64,000 bases of DNA from a virus: the IMG/VR virus record IMGVR_UViG_3300029787_005452, positions 121,198 to 185,197 of that record, one strand, 5' to 3'. The notes under the pieces are model-generated. The model was not told the origin of the DNA. It ran no database searches and was given only the letters and a program-made list of their open reading frames with translations. Shown one piece after another: positions 1 to 10,283 of the stretch. The position numbers were made by a program, and so were the translations under genes. The first letter of the stretch is position 1, and every line of letters begins with the position of its first letter.

Positions 1-568
1 TATAATCTAATCGTTTTGCTTTTATTAAAAATACATAATGACCTTGTAAAGGGTTAATTTGAGCTATATCTTGATCTAATTTTTCAGTTATTTCAAAATA
101 TTTCGGTTGTCTATCACTAGGTCTATCATCTCCATACTCACTTAACTGGAATACATCACCGGCCTTAGGTTCTATAACATTAAATTGCTTTTCATATACT
201 GAACTTAAAGTAAAGAAGTTATCATAGAATGAAGATATATGAATATAAGCAGTTACCTCATCATCACTTTCAAAACCAAATTTAGAAAGCTGTATTGCAT
301 TTTCATTTAAAGTTACTGCTAAAATAATTTCTCTTGGTTGAGCAAATATTTTAGTGGTTTCTTCTCCGTAAAAATTATCAGCACTTAATAAGTTGTATGT
401 ATTAACAAAGTAATTTACTTTAGTTCCGTATAAATTTATTTGCTCTCTCCAATAATTAGAAAAAAGAGTACGTTCATTCGATTGTATAGACTTATCTGTG
501 AATCTAAAACAAGTTTCATCAGTCTGTACAATTCCTGGAAAATCACAATTATAATTAGGTTGACTCAT
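1..568 (-). CDS. gp14: Neck protein (T4 gp14-like), C-terminus runs off the window
   Basis: Not in the ORF track; translated by hand from ATG 568 (ATGA overlap with the TGA of 565..906): MSQPNYNCDFPG...WREQINLYGTKVNYF...NFYGEETTKIF...LSKFGFESDDE...EPKAGDVFQL...YFEITE, which has the gp14 pattern. Confidence 0.75.
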   Translation of the reverse strand, partial: MSQPNYNCDFPGIVQTDETCFRFTDKSIQSNERTLFSNYWREQINLYGTKVNYFVNTYNLLSADNFYGEETTKIFAQPREIILAVTLNENAIQLSKFGFESDDEVTAYIHISSFYDNFFTLSSVYEKQFNVIEPKAGDVFQLSEYGDDRPSDRQPKYFEITEKLDQDIAQINPLQGHYVFLIKAKRLDY

Positions 569-906
569 TTTTCAATAACGAATTTTTTTAATTTTTCATC
601 AAAATATAACTTAATACCAGTACTACCCAATTTTTTTACTTCACCTTTGAAAGGTATTACATTATATTCTTTTCTTATATATTCAAGATCAGGGGTACCG
701 CAAACTTTTTTACCTGAGCCTTGTCTTAAAAGTTCAATATTTGAATTTTTAGTTGGGTCTGTTTTAACATAATCAGGTACTATGTTTTGATGAATTCTCA
801 TATAATGGGGATCACCAGCACCTGGTATAGCCCTTCTATGTCTATGATTTATTCCAGGTTTAGCCCCCTGATATTTATTTTCATAAAATTTGCAAAATCT
901 TAACAT
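565..906 (-). CDS. Hypothetical late protein, 113 aa
   Basis: ORF track; TAAATA at 912-917 lies 5 nt before the ATG; no recognisable domain. Confidence 0.6.
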   Translation of the reverse strand: MLRFCKFYENKYQGAKPGINHRHRRAIPGAGDPHYMRIHQNIVPDYVKTDPTKNSNIELLRQGSGKKVCGTPDLEYIRKEYNVIPFKGEVKKLGSTGIKLYFDEKLKKFVIEK

Positions 907-920
907 AATTATATTTAAGC

Positions 921-952
921 AAAAAAAAGCGCAACCAAATTAATGGTTACGC
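921..952 (-). terminator. Rho-independent terminator
   Basis: Minus strand GCGTAACCA-ttaatt-TGGTTGCGC (9 bp with one G-U) followed by a T8 run, downstream of 976..1866. Confidence 0.8.
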
Positions 953-975
953 AATTTAAATTGAAATCTAATCTT

Positions 976-1866
976 TTATTGTATGAAATCTGCCCCAGCT
1001 TGTAATGCTACTTTATTTGCTTTACTTTGGAGCTTGCCTTTAGCATCAGCTAATGGTTTTGGTTCTGCTTCAACATACTTCTTAGTTGAATCGGATGCTT
1101 TACCACTTTTTGGTTTAACCTTACCAACTTTATTATTACCACCGTGTGTTAAACCTGAATCCTTTTGATTAACCAATGCGTGACCCATTTCTTCAGCATC
1201 TACTGCTTCTTTATGTGTATCGTCTTCGTCTTCGTCTTCTCCATCTTCTTCAGCTTCTTCAAAGCTTTCAAATCCATTTTCTTCCATTTCAGCAGAATAA
1301 TCTTCTTCACCATCTGCATCATCATCATCACCATCTTCTTCTTCGCCCATTGCTGCTTGCAGCATGTCGCAAAGTGACTTGGCCATATCACGATCTAACG
1401 TAATTGTAACTTCGTCTGATTCGGTGTCTGCTACTTCGGTATCAATACCAAGTGCATCCAATTCTTGTGTTTCTTGATCTGAGTGCATTTCTTCACCCAT
1501 AACGTTTTCAAAGAGTTTGTCAAAAGTTGATTTCATATTATTATTTATACTCTCTTTTACCTTTTTCTCTAGTTTTTTATTTTTTTTGTTATATTCTTGT
1601 GAAGAATATATCTCACTATTATATAATTCATCTTCTACACCGTTATGTTTAGGGTCTATAACGTTGCTATATATTTCCCCCTTATCAGCATTTTCTGGAC
1701 CAGAACTATTATCATTAGCAAAGCCATGTTTAACGTCGTTAGGTTTCACCGGCGGTTTACCTACTTTTGTTCCCATTTTAGCTGCTTTTACACCTGGTGC
1801 GTTTTCAGATAGAATGCTATTATTATATGTATTCCATATTTCGGTTAGAGTATTTGATCTAGACAT
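976..1866 (-). CDS. Highly acidic low-complexity late protein (possible head core/internal protein)
   Basis: Start moved to ATG 1866 (MSRSNTLTE), 5 nt after TATAAATA (1872-1879); long D/E tracts; own terminator. Confidence 0.6.
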   Translation of the reverse strand: MSRSNTLTEIWNTYNNSILSENAPGVKAAKMGTKVGKPPVKPNDVKHGFANDNSSGPENADKGEIYSNVIDPKHNGVEDELYNSEIYSSQEYNKKNKKLEKKVKESINNNMKSTFDKLFENVMGEEMHSDQETQELDALGIDTEVADTESDEVTITLDRDMAKSLCDMLQAAMGEEEDGDDDDADGEEDYSAEMEENGFESFEEAEEDGEDEDEDDTHKEAVDAEEMGHALVNQKDSGLTHGGNNKVGKVKPKSGKASDSTKKYVEAEPKPLADAKGKLQSKANKVALQAGADFIQ

Positions 1867-1884
1867 GTAAATATTTATAGCAAA
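1867..1884. promoter_or_regulatory. Overlapping bidirectional T4-type late promoter
   Basis: GTAAATATTTATAG gives TAAATA on the + strand (terminase) and TATAAATA on the - strand within an 18-nt divergent gap. Confidence 0.65.
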
Positions 1885-3570
1885 ATGCCTAAAGATAAAC
1901 AAAATTATATGAACAACCCAAATCTCCCTACAACTGGGGCTGAATTTGAATATACTCCAGCAATGGTAAAAGAGTTAAAAAAATGTGAAAAAAATATTTT
2001 ACATTTTGCTGAAAAGTTTTTTTACATTATATCATTAGATGAAGGTAAGAAGACTATCAACTTACATTATTGTCAAAAAAGAGCTTTACGTAAAATGAGA
2101 GATAATAGATTTTTTATATTATTAGCTTCTAGACAGATTGGTAAGACCACAATGATGACGATATATGCTTTATGGGTTGCATGCTTTAATAATGACCAGC
2201 GCATACTTATTGTAGCTAATAAGGAAGGTACTGCTTTAGAAATAATGAGTAGAATTAGACTAGCATATGAAGAATTACCAAATTGGTTGAAACCCGGTGT
2301 AAAAGAATATGGTAAAACATCTATTGTATTAGCTAACGGTACGAGAATAGGTATATCTACTACTACCGGTACAGCTGCTCGTGGTCAATCAGTTAACTGT
2401 TTAATACTTGATGAGTTGGCGTTTATTGAACCTCATTTAGTGGAAGATTTCTGGAAATCAGTATACCCTATTGTTTCATCGTCTAAAAAATCAAAAATCT
2501 TTATAGCATCTACCGCTAATGGTACTGATAACCTATTTTATAAATTATATTCAGGCGCTGAATCAGATGAAAACGGGTGGGCTTCAGATAAAATTTTATG
2601 GAATGAAATACCTGGTAGAAATGAAAGATGGAAGCAAGAAACTATTAATAGCATTGGTAGTTTTGAAGCTTTTCAGCAAGAATTTAACTGTGAATTTATT
2701 TCTAATAGTGAAAGTTCATTGGATGATGAGCTTTTTCAAAAATTAAAGAGTAAAACCAATGAACCGGCATTTGTATTTGATGACGGTAAATATCTTTTAT
2801 GGGATGAACCTAAAGAAGATAGAATATATGTAGTAAGTGTAGATACTAGTGAGGGTCTAGGTAAAGATGCTTCAGTTGTACAAGTTTTAGATTATACTGA
2901 TCTTACCCATATTAATCAAGTTGCAGTTTATCATAATAATGAAATATCTCCATATAATTTTACTGAAAAGGTTTATGAAATATTGCAACATTGGGGTAAC
3001 CCTTTAGTTTGCGTTGAAAGAAATAATAGTGGTGGTCAAATAGTTGATATTTTAAAAAATACCCATGATTATGAAAATATAGTTTCATGGGGCGGTGCAA
3101 TAGCAAATAGAAAAAAACAACAATTAGGTATAATATCTCATACTAATACTAAATATAAAGCAGTAACTAACATGAGGTATTGGATAAATGAGCTTGAGTC
3201 AGTTCAAATAAATGATTCAAGGACTATTAAAGAATTAAAAAACTATGTAAAGGCACCAAACGGTACATGGAATGCAAAGAAAGGTTATCATGATGATTTA
3301 GTCACCTCTCTCATGTGGAACCTTATTATATTATTAGATGATATAGTTGAACAGTATTTTGAAGTAATAAAAAGAGACACAAATAATAGACCATTAGAGT
3401 TGCAACAAATGGATTTTGGTATTAAATATTTTATGAACCCGACTTCTATTTATACAAATGAAAAATCAGGTTCACCCAATACATTACCAGTTATTATAGG
3501 CAACGCTTCAAATACAGATAGTGAAATAGATTATTTACAAAATCAAGGTTTTAAAATATGGCAGCAATAA
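1885..3570 (+). CDS. gp17: Terminase large subunit
   Basis: Walker A region SRQIGKTT, Walker B LILDELAF, motif ARGQS, nuclease acidic residues VSVDTSEG and HDDLV; 561 aa, no intein. Confidence 0.95.
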   Translation: MPKDKQNYMNNPNLPTTGAEFEYTPAMVKELKKCEKNILHFAEKFFYIISLDEGKKTINLHYCQKRALRKMRDNRFFILLASRQIGKTTMMTIYALWVACFNNDQRILIVANKEGTALEIMSRIRLAYEELPNWLKPGVKEYGKTSIVLANGTRIGISTTTGTAARGQSVNCLILDELAFIEPHLVEDFWKSVYPIVSSSKKSKIFIASTANGTDNLFYKLYSGAESDENGWASDKILWNEIPGRNERWKQETINSIGSFEAFQQEFNCEFISNSESSLDDELFQKLKSKTNEPAFVFDDGKYLLWDEPKEDRIYVVSVDTSEGLGKDASVVQVLDYTDLTHINQVAVYHNNEISPYNFTEKVYEILQHWGNPLVCVERNNSGGQIVDILKNTHDYENIVSWGGAIANRKKQQLGIISHTNTKYKAVTNMRYWINELESVQINDSRTIKELKNYVKAPNGTWNAKKGYHDDLVTSLMWNLIILLDDIVEQYFEVIKRDTNNRPLELQQMDFGIKYFMNPTSIYTNEKSGSPNTLPVIIGNASNTDSEIDYLQNQGFKIWQQ

Positions 3571-4172
3571 ATCAATCACAGTTTAATAAAAGTAGATTAG
3601 ATAAGTTTTTACTTATATTAAATTTACCCCCTGTTCTTAAAGACATAAGTAAAAAAGATCTTGGAAGTAGAGATAATAAAGTTGTTATAGAAAATAGCTT
3701 ACAATTTTCAGTATACGGTGCTGTTGTACCATCTGTTCAAGTACCTGCTGAAGATCTTTTCTACGGGGGACAATCACTTAAAGTATCTAAACATACTAGA
3801 CCGGTTTATGAAAACGTAACGGTAAATTTTACTGTAGATAATGAATTTAATAATTATTGGGTATTATATAAATGGTTAGATTTACTTAATGATGAAGAAT
3901 TATCTAAATTTAACGGTAAAGATGTAGCTAATACAGTTAAAATGGAGCCAGTAAATAATAGAAATGGTAAAAGTTTAAGTCCGCAATCATTATATCAAGC
4001 TGATATAACTTTATTAGCATTAGACGAGTTTGATAAAAGTAAAGTAAAATTCATTTATACGAAAGCTTTTCCTATTAGTTTAGGAGGGCTTAATTTTAAT
4101 TATAGGACCGCAGGTGAAATTGAAACTACCTTTGAATTTGCGTTTTCTCAATTAAAAGTTGAACTGCTTTAG
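3558..4172 (+). CDS. gp3: Tail completion / tube terminator (T4 gp3-like)
   Basis: VPSVQVP...YENVTVNFTVDNEFNNYWVLYKWL...ITLLALD...AFPISLGGLNF matches the gp3/gp19-fold pattern. Confidence 0.7.
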   Translation: MAAINQSQFNKSRLDKFLLILNLPPVLKDISKKDLGSRDNKVVIENSLQFSVYGAVVPSVQVPAEDLFYGGQSLKVSKHTRPVYENVTVNFTVDNEFNNYWVLYKWLDLLNDEELSKFNGKDVANTVKMEPVNNRNGKSLSPQSLYQADITLLALDEFDKSKVKFIYTKAFPISLGGLNFNYRTAGEIETTFEFAFSQLKVELL

Positions 4173-4216
4173 TCTATATTTATAATTTCATTTAAAAAAA
4201 ATAGCATTAAAACCAT

Positions 4217-4222
4217 TAAATA
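4217..4222 (+). promoter_or_regulatory. Late promoter TAAATA (representative of about 30 copies)
   Basis: TAAATA-N5-ATG of the tail sheath gene; the same spacing recurs before most virion genes (see findings). Confidence 0.75.
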
Positions 4223-4227
4223 ATTGT

Positions 4228-6627
4228 ATGCGTACGATACAATCTCCAGGGGTAGAAATAAAAGAAGTCGATTTAAGTTTGAGACCTGTTTTTCCAACAG
4301 GTACAAACATTATGGTTGCTGGTTATTCTGATAAAGGTCCAACAGACGAAGTTATTCAAGTAACAAGTCAGAGTGAATTTGAACAGATTTATGGGGTTCC
4401 ATCTACTCCAGCAGAAAGATATTTTTACCATACGGTAAGACCATTATTTCAATCTCCAGCTAACATTTTAACGTATAGATTACCATATGGTTCAGAATCC
4501 GGTAACGGTTTTGGTAACGATTACGGGGTTTTAGCCTATCCAGTAAGTGCTATTAATATTGGTAATACAATAACAGAAGGAGATGACATTCCATATGGTG
4601 GGGGCCTTAGAACATTGAATCAATCACCATCAGGGGTAATGTATACACTTGGTAGACCAAAACATTTCTCCTTAACACAAAAGCAATATAATCAGATTTT
4701 ACAAAAAGATGGTTTTGATTTTAGTAATATCGGTACCAAAGCAGAAGAATTATCTTCATTTGAAACTTTAGGTAAAGCAGGTTTATTAGTCCTTAATAAA
4801 GGACAAACTACAATTGATGAAAAATTCCAAGGTTTTTATATCGGGGCAGTTGATAACACTAATCTTAACCCAGCAACAGACTTTGACGGTATTTTAAATA
4901 CAAAAACAATTGGGCAATCAGCTGAAGTTACGACAAATTACCTCTCGTTACCATCAACTAGATTAGACTTTACTCTATCGTCAATATCTGACAATAATAC
5001 AAGTACTTTTGGTCAAGAAGATGATAGTGTTTCAGAAATAATGGAAAATCTTAGTAAATTTGATATTGCTACTAATGATTTTGATGATACAGTTTCGTTA
5101 GGGTTATTTAAACTAAGACAATCACCATTCTCACCTGATACAATTAAATTAAATTATGTATTAAGTGAATCTTATGTTGGTTCATTTGATAGCTTTAGAC
5201 AAATTAATACATCTGATGGTGGTGCCCCGGTAAGCTTTTATTTGGATACAAAAGAAAATGATTCACCAAATGTGCAGATCTTAACTAATAAGTATGTATC
5301 ACATGCAGAAGATGGTGGTACTTGGTTAGATATTAATGGTAAACCTTCTAATAAAGTAAGATTTACATCAACCAAATTTGCAACAGATACAAGTAGTATT
5401 AAGAATATAGAGACGTTATCAGCTTCATACGGGGCAACAACATTAGCTCAGGCAGCAGCGTTATCAGCTTCGTTGTTTCAAACAACGAATCAGCTTGGTG
5501 CCGCAGATAGTTTATTCCCACTAGGTTCATATGCAAGTCAAGATTCTAAAACCAAGGATCTTGGTAGTATACCTGCAAAACTTGATAGATTATTCGATAC
5601 AGTCGAAAATATTGACTTATTTGATATCGACTTAACCTTAGATGGTGGTATTAGTACTATTAATGCAGTTTCTGAATTCTTAGAAAGAACAGGTCAAGGT
5701 AAGTATTTTGATGATACAGCACCGATTTCAGCTTTCGACGGTTTCTATACATCAGACATTGTTAATAATTTAACAACTGAAGCAAAAGCATTCAGAAGTG
5801 ATTGGAAAACAATCTTTGATAGGTTTGCAGAATTTGCAGAGAAACGTAGAAAAGATCATATGTTTGTAGCGGACTTACCGAAACCAATTTTTATACAAGG
5901 TAAGAGTTTCTTAACATTAGATGATCCTAATAAAAACTTCTCACTCAATGTGCTTAAGCCAATCCAAGCTCATACTAGTATTGTTAATACAAGTTATGCA
6001 GCAACTTATGCGCAGTGGGCACAAGTTTATGATTCATATTTAGATGATCAATGTTATGTACCGTTTTCAGGGTTTGCCGGTGCAGCAATGGCTAATACAG
6101 ATGCTAATTTCCAACCTTGGTTTGCACCAGCTGGATTTACTAGAGGGGTTGTAACTGGTGTTAACGATCTTGCATTATATCCTAAGCAGAAGCAAAGAGA
6201 TCAACTTTATAAGATATCGACTAACCCAGTAGCATTCTTCCCAGGAGAAGGATTTGTAATATTTGGTCAGAAAACGTTACTCAAGAAACCAAGTGCATTT
6301 GATAGAATTAATGTAAGACGTTTATTCTTAAATCTAGAAAAAGCTACTAGACAAACAGTTAAGTATTTTGTTTTTGAACCTAATACATTATTAACTCGTA
6401 CGAGAGTGTTAAATACATTAACACCTATTTTTGATAATGCTAAAAATACTGAAGGGGTTTACGATTTCTTAGTAGTTTGTGATGAAAGAAATAATACACC
6501 AACAGTAATTGATCAGAACGAGCTTATTGTTGATATATATCTCAAACCAGTAAGAGCTGCAGAATTTATTTTAGTTAATTTCTACGCAACCAAGACTGGA
6601 GCTGATTTCAATGAATTGGTTGGTTAA
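4228..6627 (+). CDS. gp18: Contractile tail sheath protein
   Basis: N-terminal SPGVEIKEVDLS, C-terminal PWFAPAGFTRG, FGQKTL, RINVRRLF, VDIYLKPVRAAEFILVNF; 799 aa with an internal insertion. Confidence 0.95.
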   Translation: MRTIQSPGVEIKEVDLSLRPVFPTGTNIMVAGYSDKGPTDEVIQVTSQSEFEQIYGVPSTPAERYFYHTVRPLFQSPANILTYRLPYGSESGNGFGNDYGVLAYPVSAINIGNTITEGDDIPYGGGLRTLNQSPSGVMYTLGRPKHFSLTQKQYNQILQKDGFDFSNIGTKAEELSSFETLGKAGLLVLNKGQTTIDEKFQGFYIGAVDNTNLNPATDFDGILNTKTIGQSAEVTTNYLSLPSTRLDFTLSSISDNNTSTFGQEDDSVSEIMENLSKFDIATNDFDDTVSLGLFKLRQSPFSPDTIKLNYVLSESYVGSFDSFRQINTSDGGAPVSFYLDTKENDSPNVQILTNKYVSHAEDGGTWLDINGKPSNKVRFTSTKFATDTSSIKNIETLSASYGATTLAQAAALSASLFQTTNQLGAADSLFPLGSYASQDSKTKDLGSIPAKLDRLFDTVENIDLFDIDLTLDGGISTINAVSEFLERTGQGKYFDDTAPISAFDGFYTSDIVNNLTTEAKAFRSDWKTIFDRFAEFAEKRRKDHMFVADLPKPIFIQGKSFLTLDDPNKNFSLNVLKPIQAHTSIVNTSYAATYAQWAQVYDSYLDDQCYVPFSGFAGAAMANTDANFQPWFAPAGFTRGVVTGVNDLALYPKQKQRDQLYKISTNPVAFFPGEGFVIFGQKTLLKKPSAFDRINVRRLFLNLEKATRQTVKYFVFEPNTLLTRTRVLNTLTPIFDNAKNTEGVYDFLVVCDERNNTPTVIDQNELIVDIYLKPVRAAEFILVNFYATKTGADFNELVG

Positions 6628-6652
6628 ACATTTATAGTTCATAAATATTATT

Positions 6653-7273
6653 ATGCCAGATACTAAATTAACAGATTTAGAGATAGTAACTCAACCTAAG
6701 GATGGAGACATATTATATATTGTCGATATTAATCAAGATGCGTCTAAACAAATAACCTATAATAACCTAGTAGGTACTAAAATAGATTCTTTAAGTGCAT
6801 CATTTGATACTCTTAATGTAAATTTGACTGCAGATATAGGTTCTAATACCACTAACATTACAACTGCTCAGAATGATATACTTGAAAATTCAACTGATAT
6901 AAATACACTTAGTTCTGATACTTTAACTTTATCAGCTGATGTAGCTAATCTTAGCGCTAATGTCTTTACAAAAGACCCAACTATTAGTGGTGTAGATAAT
7001 GGTAATACTTTTAGCTTTGGTACTGCAATGACAATTAATTCTGCTGCACCTGTAACACAGCATGTTACTACATTTAATACACAAATAGGAGATGTTGGCG
7101 TGGTAGGTTTAAGTGCTGAAGGAGGTTTAAGTGGCTTAGAAACCAATTTTTATCCAATGAGTGCTAATAAATGTGAACTAATTATAAGTACAAGAGTAAA
7201 CGATGATAGAACTATTACAATTCCAGCAAATACAGTATTTACATATTTTCTAGTTAGATCTGTTATTCAATAA
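6653..7273 (+). CDS. Virion accessory protein with fibre-type N-terminal module
   Basis: Own late promoter (6642-6647); N-terminus MPDTKLTDL...DILYIVD...SKQIT resembles four other fibre N-termini; short coiled-coil-like middle. Confidence 0.55.
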   Translation: MPDTKLTDLEIVTQPKDGDILYIVDINQDASKQITYNNLVGTKIDSLSASFDTLNVNLTADIGSNTTNITTAQNDILENSTDINTLSSDTLTLSADVANLSANVFTKDPTISGVDNGNTFSFGTAMTINSAAPVTQHVTTFNTQIGDVGVVGLSAEGGLSGLETNFYPMSANKCELIISTRVNDDRTITIPANTVFTYFLVRSVIQ

Positions 7274-7295
7274 ACTATAAAGATTAAATAATTAT

Positions 7296-7841
7296 ATGGC
7301 AGACACAACACAAACAATTCAAGGTTTTTATACACAAGCACAAGCTAAGGATTTTGCTAGAAATAATCTATTTAGAGTCTTAAATATCAATTTTGGAGGT
7401 GGTACTGAAGTATCATTTGATGAATCAGATTTAGTTTATGCTACAACAGCTACATTACCAGGTAAAACAATTGGTAATGTAGCAGTACCTTACATGGGTT
7501 TAAATTTTAATGTACCTGGTACAGTTACATATGATGGTAGCGACGCTTATACATTACAGTTTCGATCTGATGAATCTCATAACTTAAGAGAAAAATTCTT
7601 ACAAGTTCAAGCAGATACTTTTGACGATGAAGATAGTACAGGTAACTATTTTATGCCAACAGCTGATGCGGTTATTGATTTAGTTCTTTTAAATAAGGAA
7701 TTAGATAGAGTAGCGCAATATCAATTAGTAGGTTGTTCTATTCGGAATGTAGGTCCTCAATCATATGATTCTACTGGTGCAGGTGATGTCGTAACATTTG
7801 ATACAACAGTTGCTTACCATTACTTCAGAAAGACAGCATAA
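7296..7841 (+). CDS. gp19: Tail tube protein
   Basis: DFARNNLFRV, ATLPGKTIGNVAVPYMG, position after the sheath, late promoter 7285-7290, strong terminator after. Confidence 0.85.
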   Translation: MADTTQTIQGFYTQAQAKDFARNNLFRVLNINFGGGTEVSFDESDLVYATTATLPGKTIGNVAVPYMGLNFNVPGTVTYDGSDAYTLQFRSDESHNLREKFLQVQADTFDDEDSTGNYFMPTADAVIDLVLLNKELDRVAQYQLVGCSIRNVGPQSYDSTGAGDVVTFDTTVAYHYFRKTA

Positions 7842-7864
7842 CACATATAAAAACATCTAAATCT

Positions 7865-7890
7865 AAAAGCTCTCTTTGAGAGCTTTTTTT
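7865..7890 (+). terminator. Rho-independent terminator
   Basis: AAAAGCTCTC-TTT-GAGAGCTTTT followed by further Ts. Confidence 0.9.
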
Positions 7891-7906
7891 ATGCATAAAT
7901 ATTATT

Positions 7907-8758
7907 ATGCCAGGTATTTTAAATTCTATAAACAATGCTGTTCAAAGTATTGGTAATAAAGCAAATAGTCTTATAGGTGGCTCATTAGCTCAACCTGGTT
8001 TAAGTTTATTTGGTACTAATTTACCATTCACACCTTTAATTAGCTTTAGAGATAGATTTTTAAATAGTTTAGATCAGTGGAATACATCTATACCTTTAAA
8101 CACTCAGTTTATTGTTTTAATAGATAATTTTCCATTAGGTTTAACTACTAACGTTTTACAAAATTTAGAACCAATTGTACAACGCACTGGTTTTGATATA
8201 AATTTACCCAAAGCAACTTTAACTAATTATAAAAATCAAGCTATAGTAGGTTGTATTTTTACTAATGGGTTTAATATAGGTGATGATAGTTTAGAAGCAG
8301 ATTCAGCTAAAATTGAAAATAATAGGGGATTCATACAAGGAACTATATTAAAAAATAGGTCAGATTTCGCGTCAAATAAATTTACCCTTAGCCTTAGGGA
8401 AACTAACTCATCATTTGTAGATTTTGTAATAAGGCCTTGGGTTATAATGGCATCTCATTTTGGTATGGTAGCTAGAGATAAATCTAATCCTGCAGAGTTA
8501 TTAAAAGACCCTAAAGTTAATTTAACAGTGGTCCAATATACAAGAAGTGATAAAGGTCTGTCACAGATACCAAGAAAAACTTGGAGATTTTATAACTGCG
8601 TACCTACATCAGTAAGTACAAGAGATTATCAATATGGTGAAGCAGAAGACGTAAAAAACTTTGATACAACATGGGTATACGATAGATATGAAATTAGTAG
8701 TAACTTATATATGAATGTAGGTGAGCTTATTAAAGCTATTAATCCGTTCCCTTTCTAA
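7907..8758 (+). CDS. gp54: Baseplate tail-tube initiator (gp54-like, gp19 fold)
   Basis: Tube-fold C-terminus (RKTWRFYNCVPTSV...FDTTWVYDRY); follows gp19. Confidence 0.55.
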   Translation: MPGILNSINNAVQSIGNKANSLIGGSLAQPGLSLFGTNLPFTPLISFRDRFLNSLDQWNTSIPLNTQFIVLIDNFPLGLTTNVLQNLEPIVQRTGFDINLPKATLTNYKNQAIVGCIFTNGFNIGDDSLEADSAKIENNRGFIQGTILKNRSDFASNKFTLSLRETNSSFVDFVIRPWVIMASHFGMVARDKSNPAELLKDPKVNLTVVQYTRSDKGLSQIPRKTWRFYNCVPTSVSTRDYQYGEAEDVKNFDTTWVYDRYEISSNLYMNVGELIKAINPFPF

Positions 8759-8759
8759 A

Positions 8760-9515
8760 ATGAATCAATATTTCTATGAAAGTTATGAAATAACAGAGTT
8801 AAGTTATTTTGAATATAAAAATTTGGTAAAGAATCTTTTCACCGATGACCCATGGGTATTAAATCAAGTTTTTAATAATACTATTAATAATTCAGTTAAA
8901 GGTAATAAAGAAATAGATATTTTTGATAAAGTAAAAATACTTTTATTTTTAAGATCGTTAACTTTAGGGGAAGATTTTGATATAACTTTTAAAGAAAAAA
9001 ATTATAAAATGAATATTAATTCAATTGTGAATAATATATCGATTAACAGTAACGAAATAGTTTCAGATAGGGTAACTTTTAAAAAATCAAATAGTTTTTA
9101 TGTTGAAAATTTATTAAATGAAGTAATTATATCAATTGAAAAAATAGTTTTGGATAACGGTGAAATAAATTTTTCTAAATTAACTAACGAACAAAAAAAT
9201 ATTATATTTAACGAAATTTCAGATTCTAACATATCTCATATAGTAAATAGTATCGCTGATAATTTAAAACAAGATAATCTTAATTTATTTGATATGAATT
9301 TTAATTTACATAATGGAGATATTTTATATTTTTTAAAAAATATATTCAAAACTGATTTAAATAGTTTATACGATTTAGAATATACGTTAATAAAAAATTT
9401 AAATTTGAATACTGTAGATTTTCAAAATTATTCTTTAAGTGAAATGAAAATTTTGTTAAACAAACTAAAAGATGAATATAAAGATAATAAGCAGAGTGGT
9501 GTTCCTGTTAAATAA
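8760..9515 (+). CDS. Baseplate hub assembly protein (gp26-like with gp51-like C-terminus)
   Basis: Probable start ATG 8760; KILLFLRSLTLGE resembles gp26; LYDLEYTLIKNLNL...YSLSEMKILL resembles gp51. Confidence 0.5.
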   Translation: MNQYFYESYEITELSYFEYKNLVKNLFTDDPWVLNQVFNNTINNSVKGNKEIDIFDKVKILLFLRSLTLGEDFDITFKEKNYKMNINSIVNNISINSNEIVSDRVTFKKSNSFYVENLLNEVIISIEKIVLDNGEINFSKLTNEQKNIIFNEISDSNISHIVNSIADNLKQDNLNLFDMNFNLHNGDILYFLKNIFKTDLNSLYDLEYTLIKNLNLNTVDFQNYSLSEMKILLNKLKDEYKDNKQSGVPVK

Positions 9516-9530
9516 ATGTAAATATTTCAA

Positions 9531-10265
9531 ATGGAAAATTTTAATGATATTTTAAATCAAGTAAAAAGTCTCAAAAAAGAGATTACTTTTTATTCACCAA
9601 TAAACGATAAAGAACTAAATATTTACCCTTTAAGTCTTAAGCAACAAAAAGATATATTAGAAAATACCTTTTCAACAACTTTATCATTGTTATATTTTAA
9701 CAATTGCATTTATAATATTATTAAAGAAAATTTTTCTGGAAATATTAAAGATTTAGATACTATTGATAGGGTATCAATTTCATTATCTTTGAGAAATAAG
9801 ATTTCAAGTTTATATAAATCAGAAGACGTAGAGGTTAACTTGTCTGATATTATAGAAAAAAATAAAAATAAAGCAACTTTTAAATCTGAAAATGTTACTA
9901 GTAATGAATTTACTTTTAGACTAAAAAAACCAAATTTAGAATTAGATAATAAAATTAATAATATTGTCTTAAGAAAATATAAAAATGAAAAAATTACTGA
10001 AGATAATGTGAATAACGTTATTAGTGATTTATACATATATGAATTAGTTAAGTTTATTGATGTATTAGAATTTGGTGAGAATATAATTAAAGTAGAAGAA
10101 AATATTAATAATACAGTAAAAATTTTAAATGAAATTGATTCAAATAATTTTAATAAGGTATTTGATTATATTAATAAACTCAGAGAAATAGAAACTTCTC
10201 TAACTAAAATACCTAATTCAGATGATAGTATTTCTATTACCCCGGACTTCTTTATAGTTCGTTAG
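9531..10265 (+). CDS. Baseplate hub assembly protein (second gp26-like)
   Basis: FYSPINDKELNIYPLSLKQQKDIL, LDTIDRVSISLSLR and terminal PDFF follow the gp26 pattern. Confidence 0.55.
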   Translation: MENFNDILNQVKSLKKEITFYSPINDKELNIYPLSLKQQKDILENTFSTTLSLLYFNNCIYNIIKENFSGNIKDLDTIDRVSISLSLRNKISSLYKSEDVEVNLSDIIEKNKNKATFKSENVTSNEFTFRLKKPNLELDNKINNIVLRKYKNEKITEDNVNNVISDLYIYELVKFIDVLEFGENIIKVEENINNTVKILNEIDSNNFNKVFDYINKLREIETSLTKIPNSDDSISITPDFFIVR

Positions 10266-10283
10266 GGTAATTAAATATTATTG

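Noticed and set aside
1867-1902. N-terminal extension of the acidic ORF to TTG 1902
   Set aside because: It overlaps the terminase start; the TATAAATA-N5-ATG pattern supports 1866.
1885-6627. Introns, inteins or homing endonucleases in terminase or sheath
   Set aside because: Reading frames are continuous, terminase length is normal, and no HNH/GIY-YIG/LAGLIDADG or intein motifs were seen.
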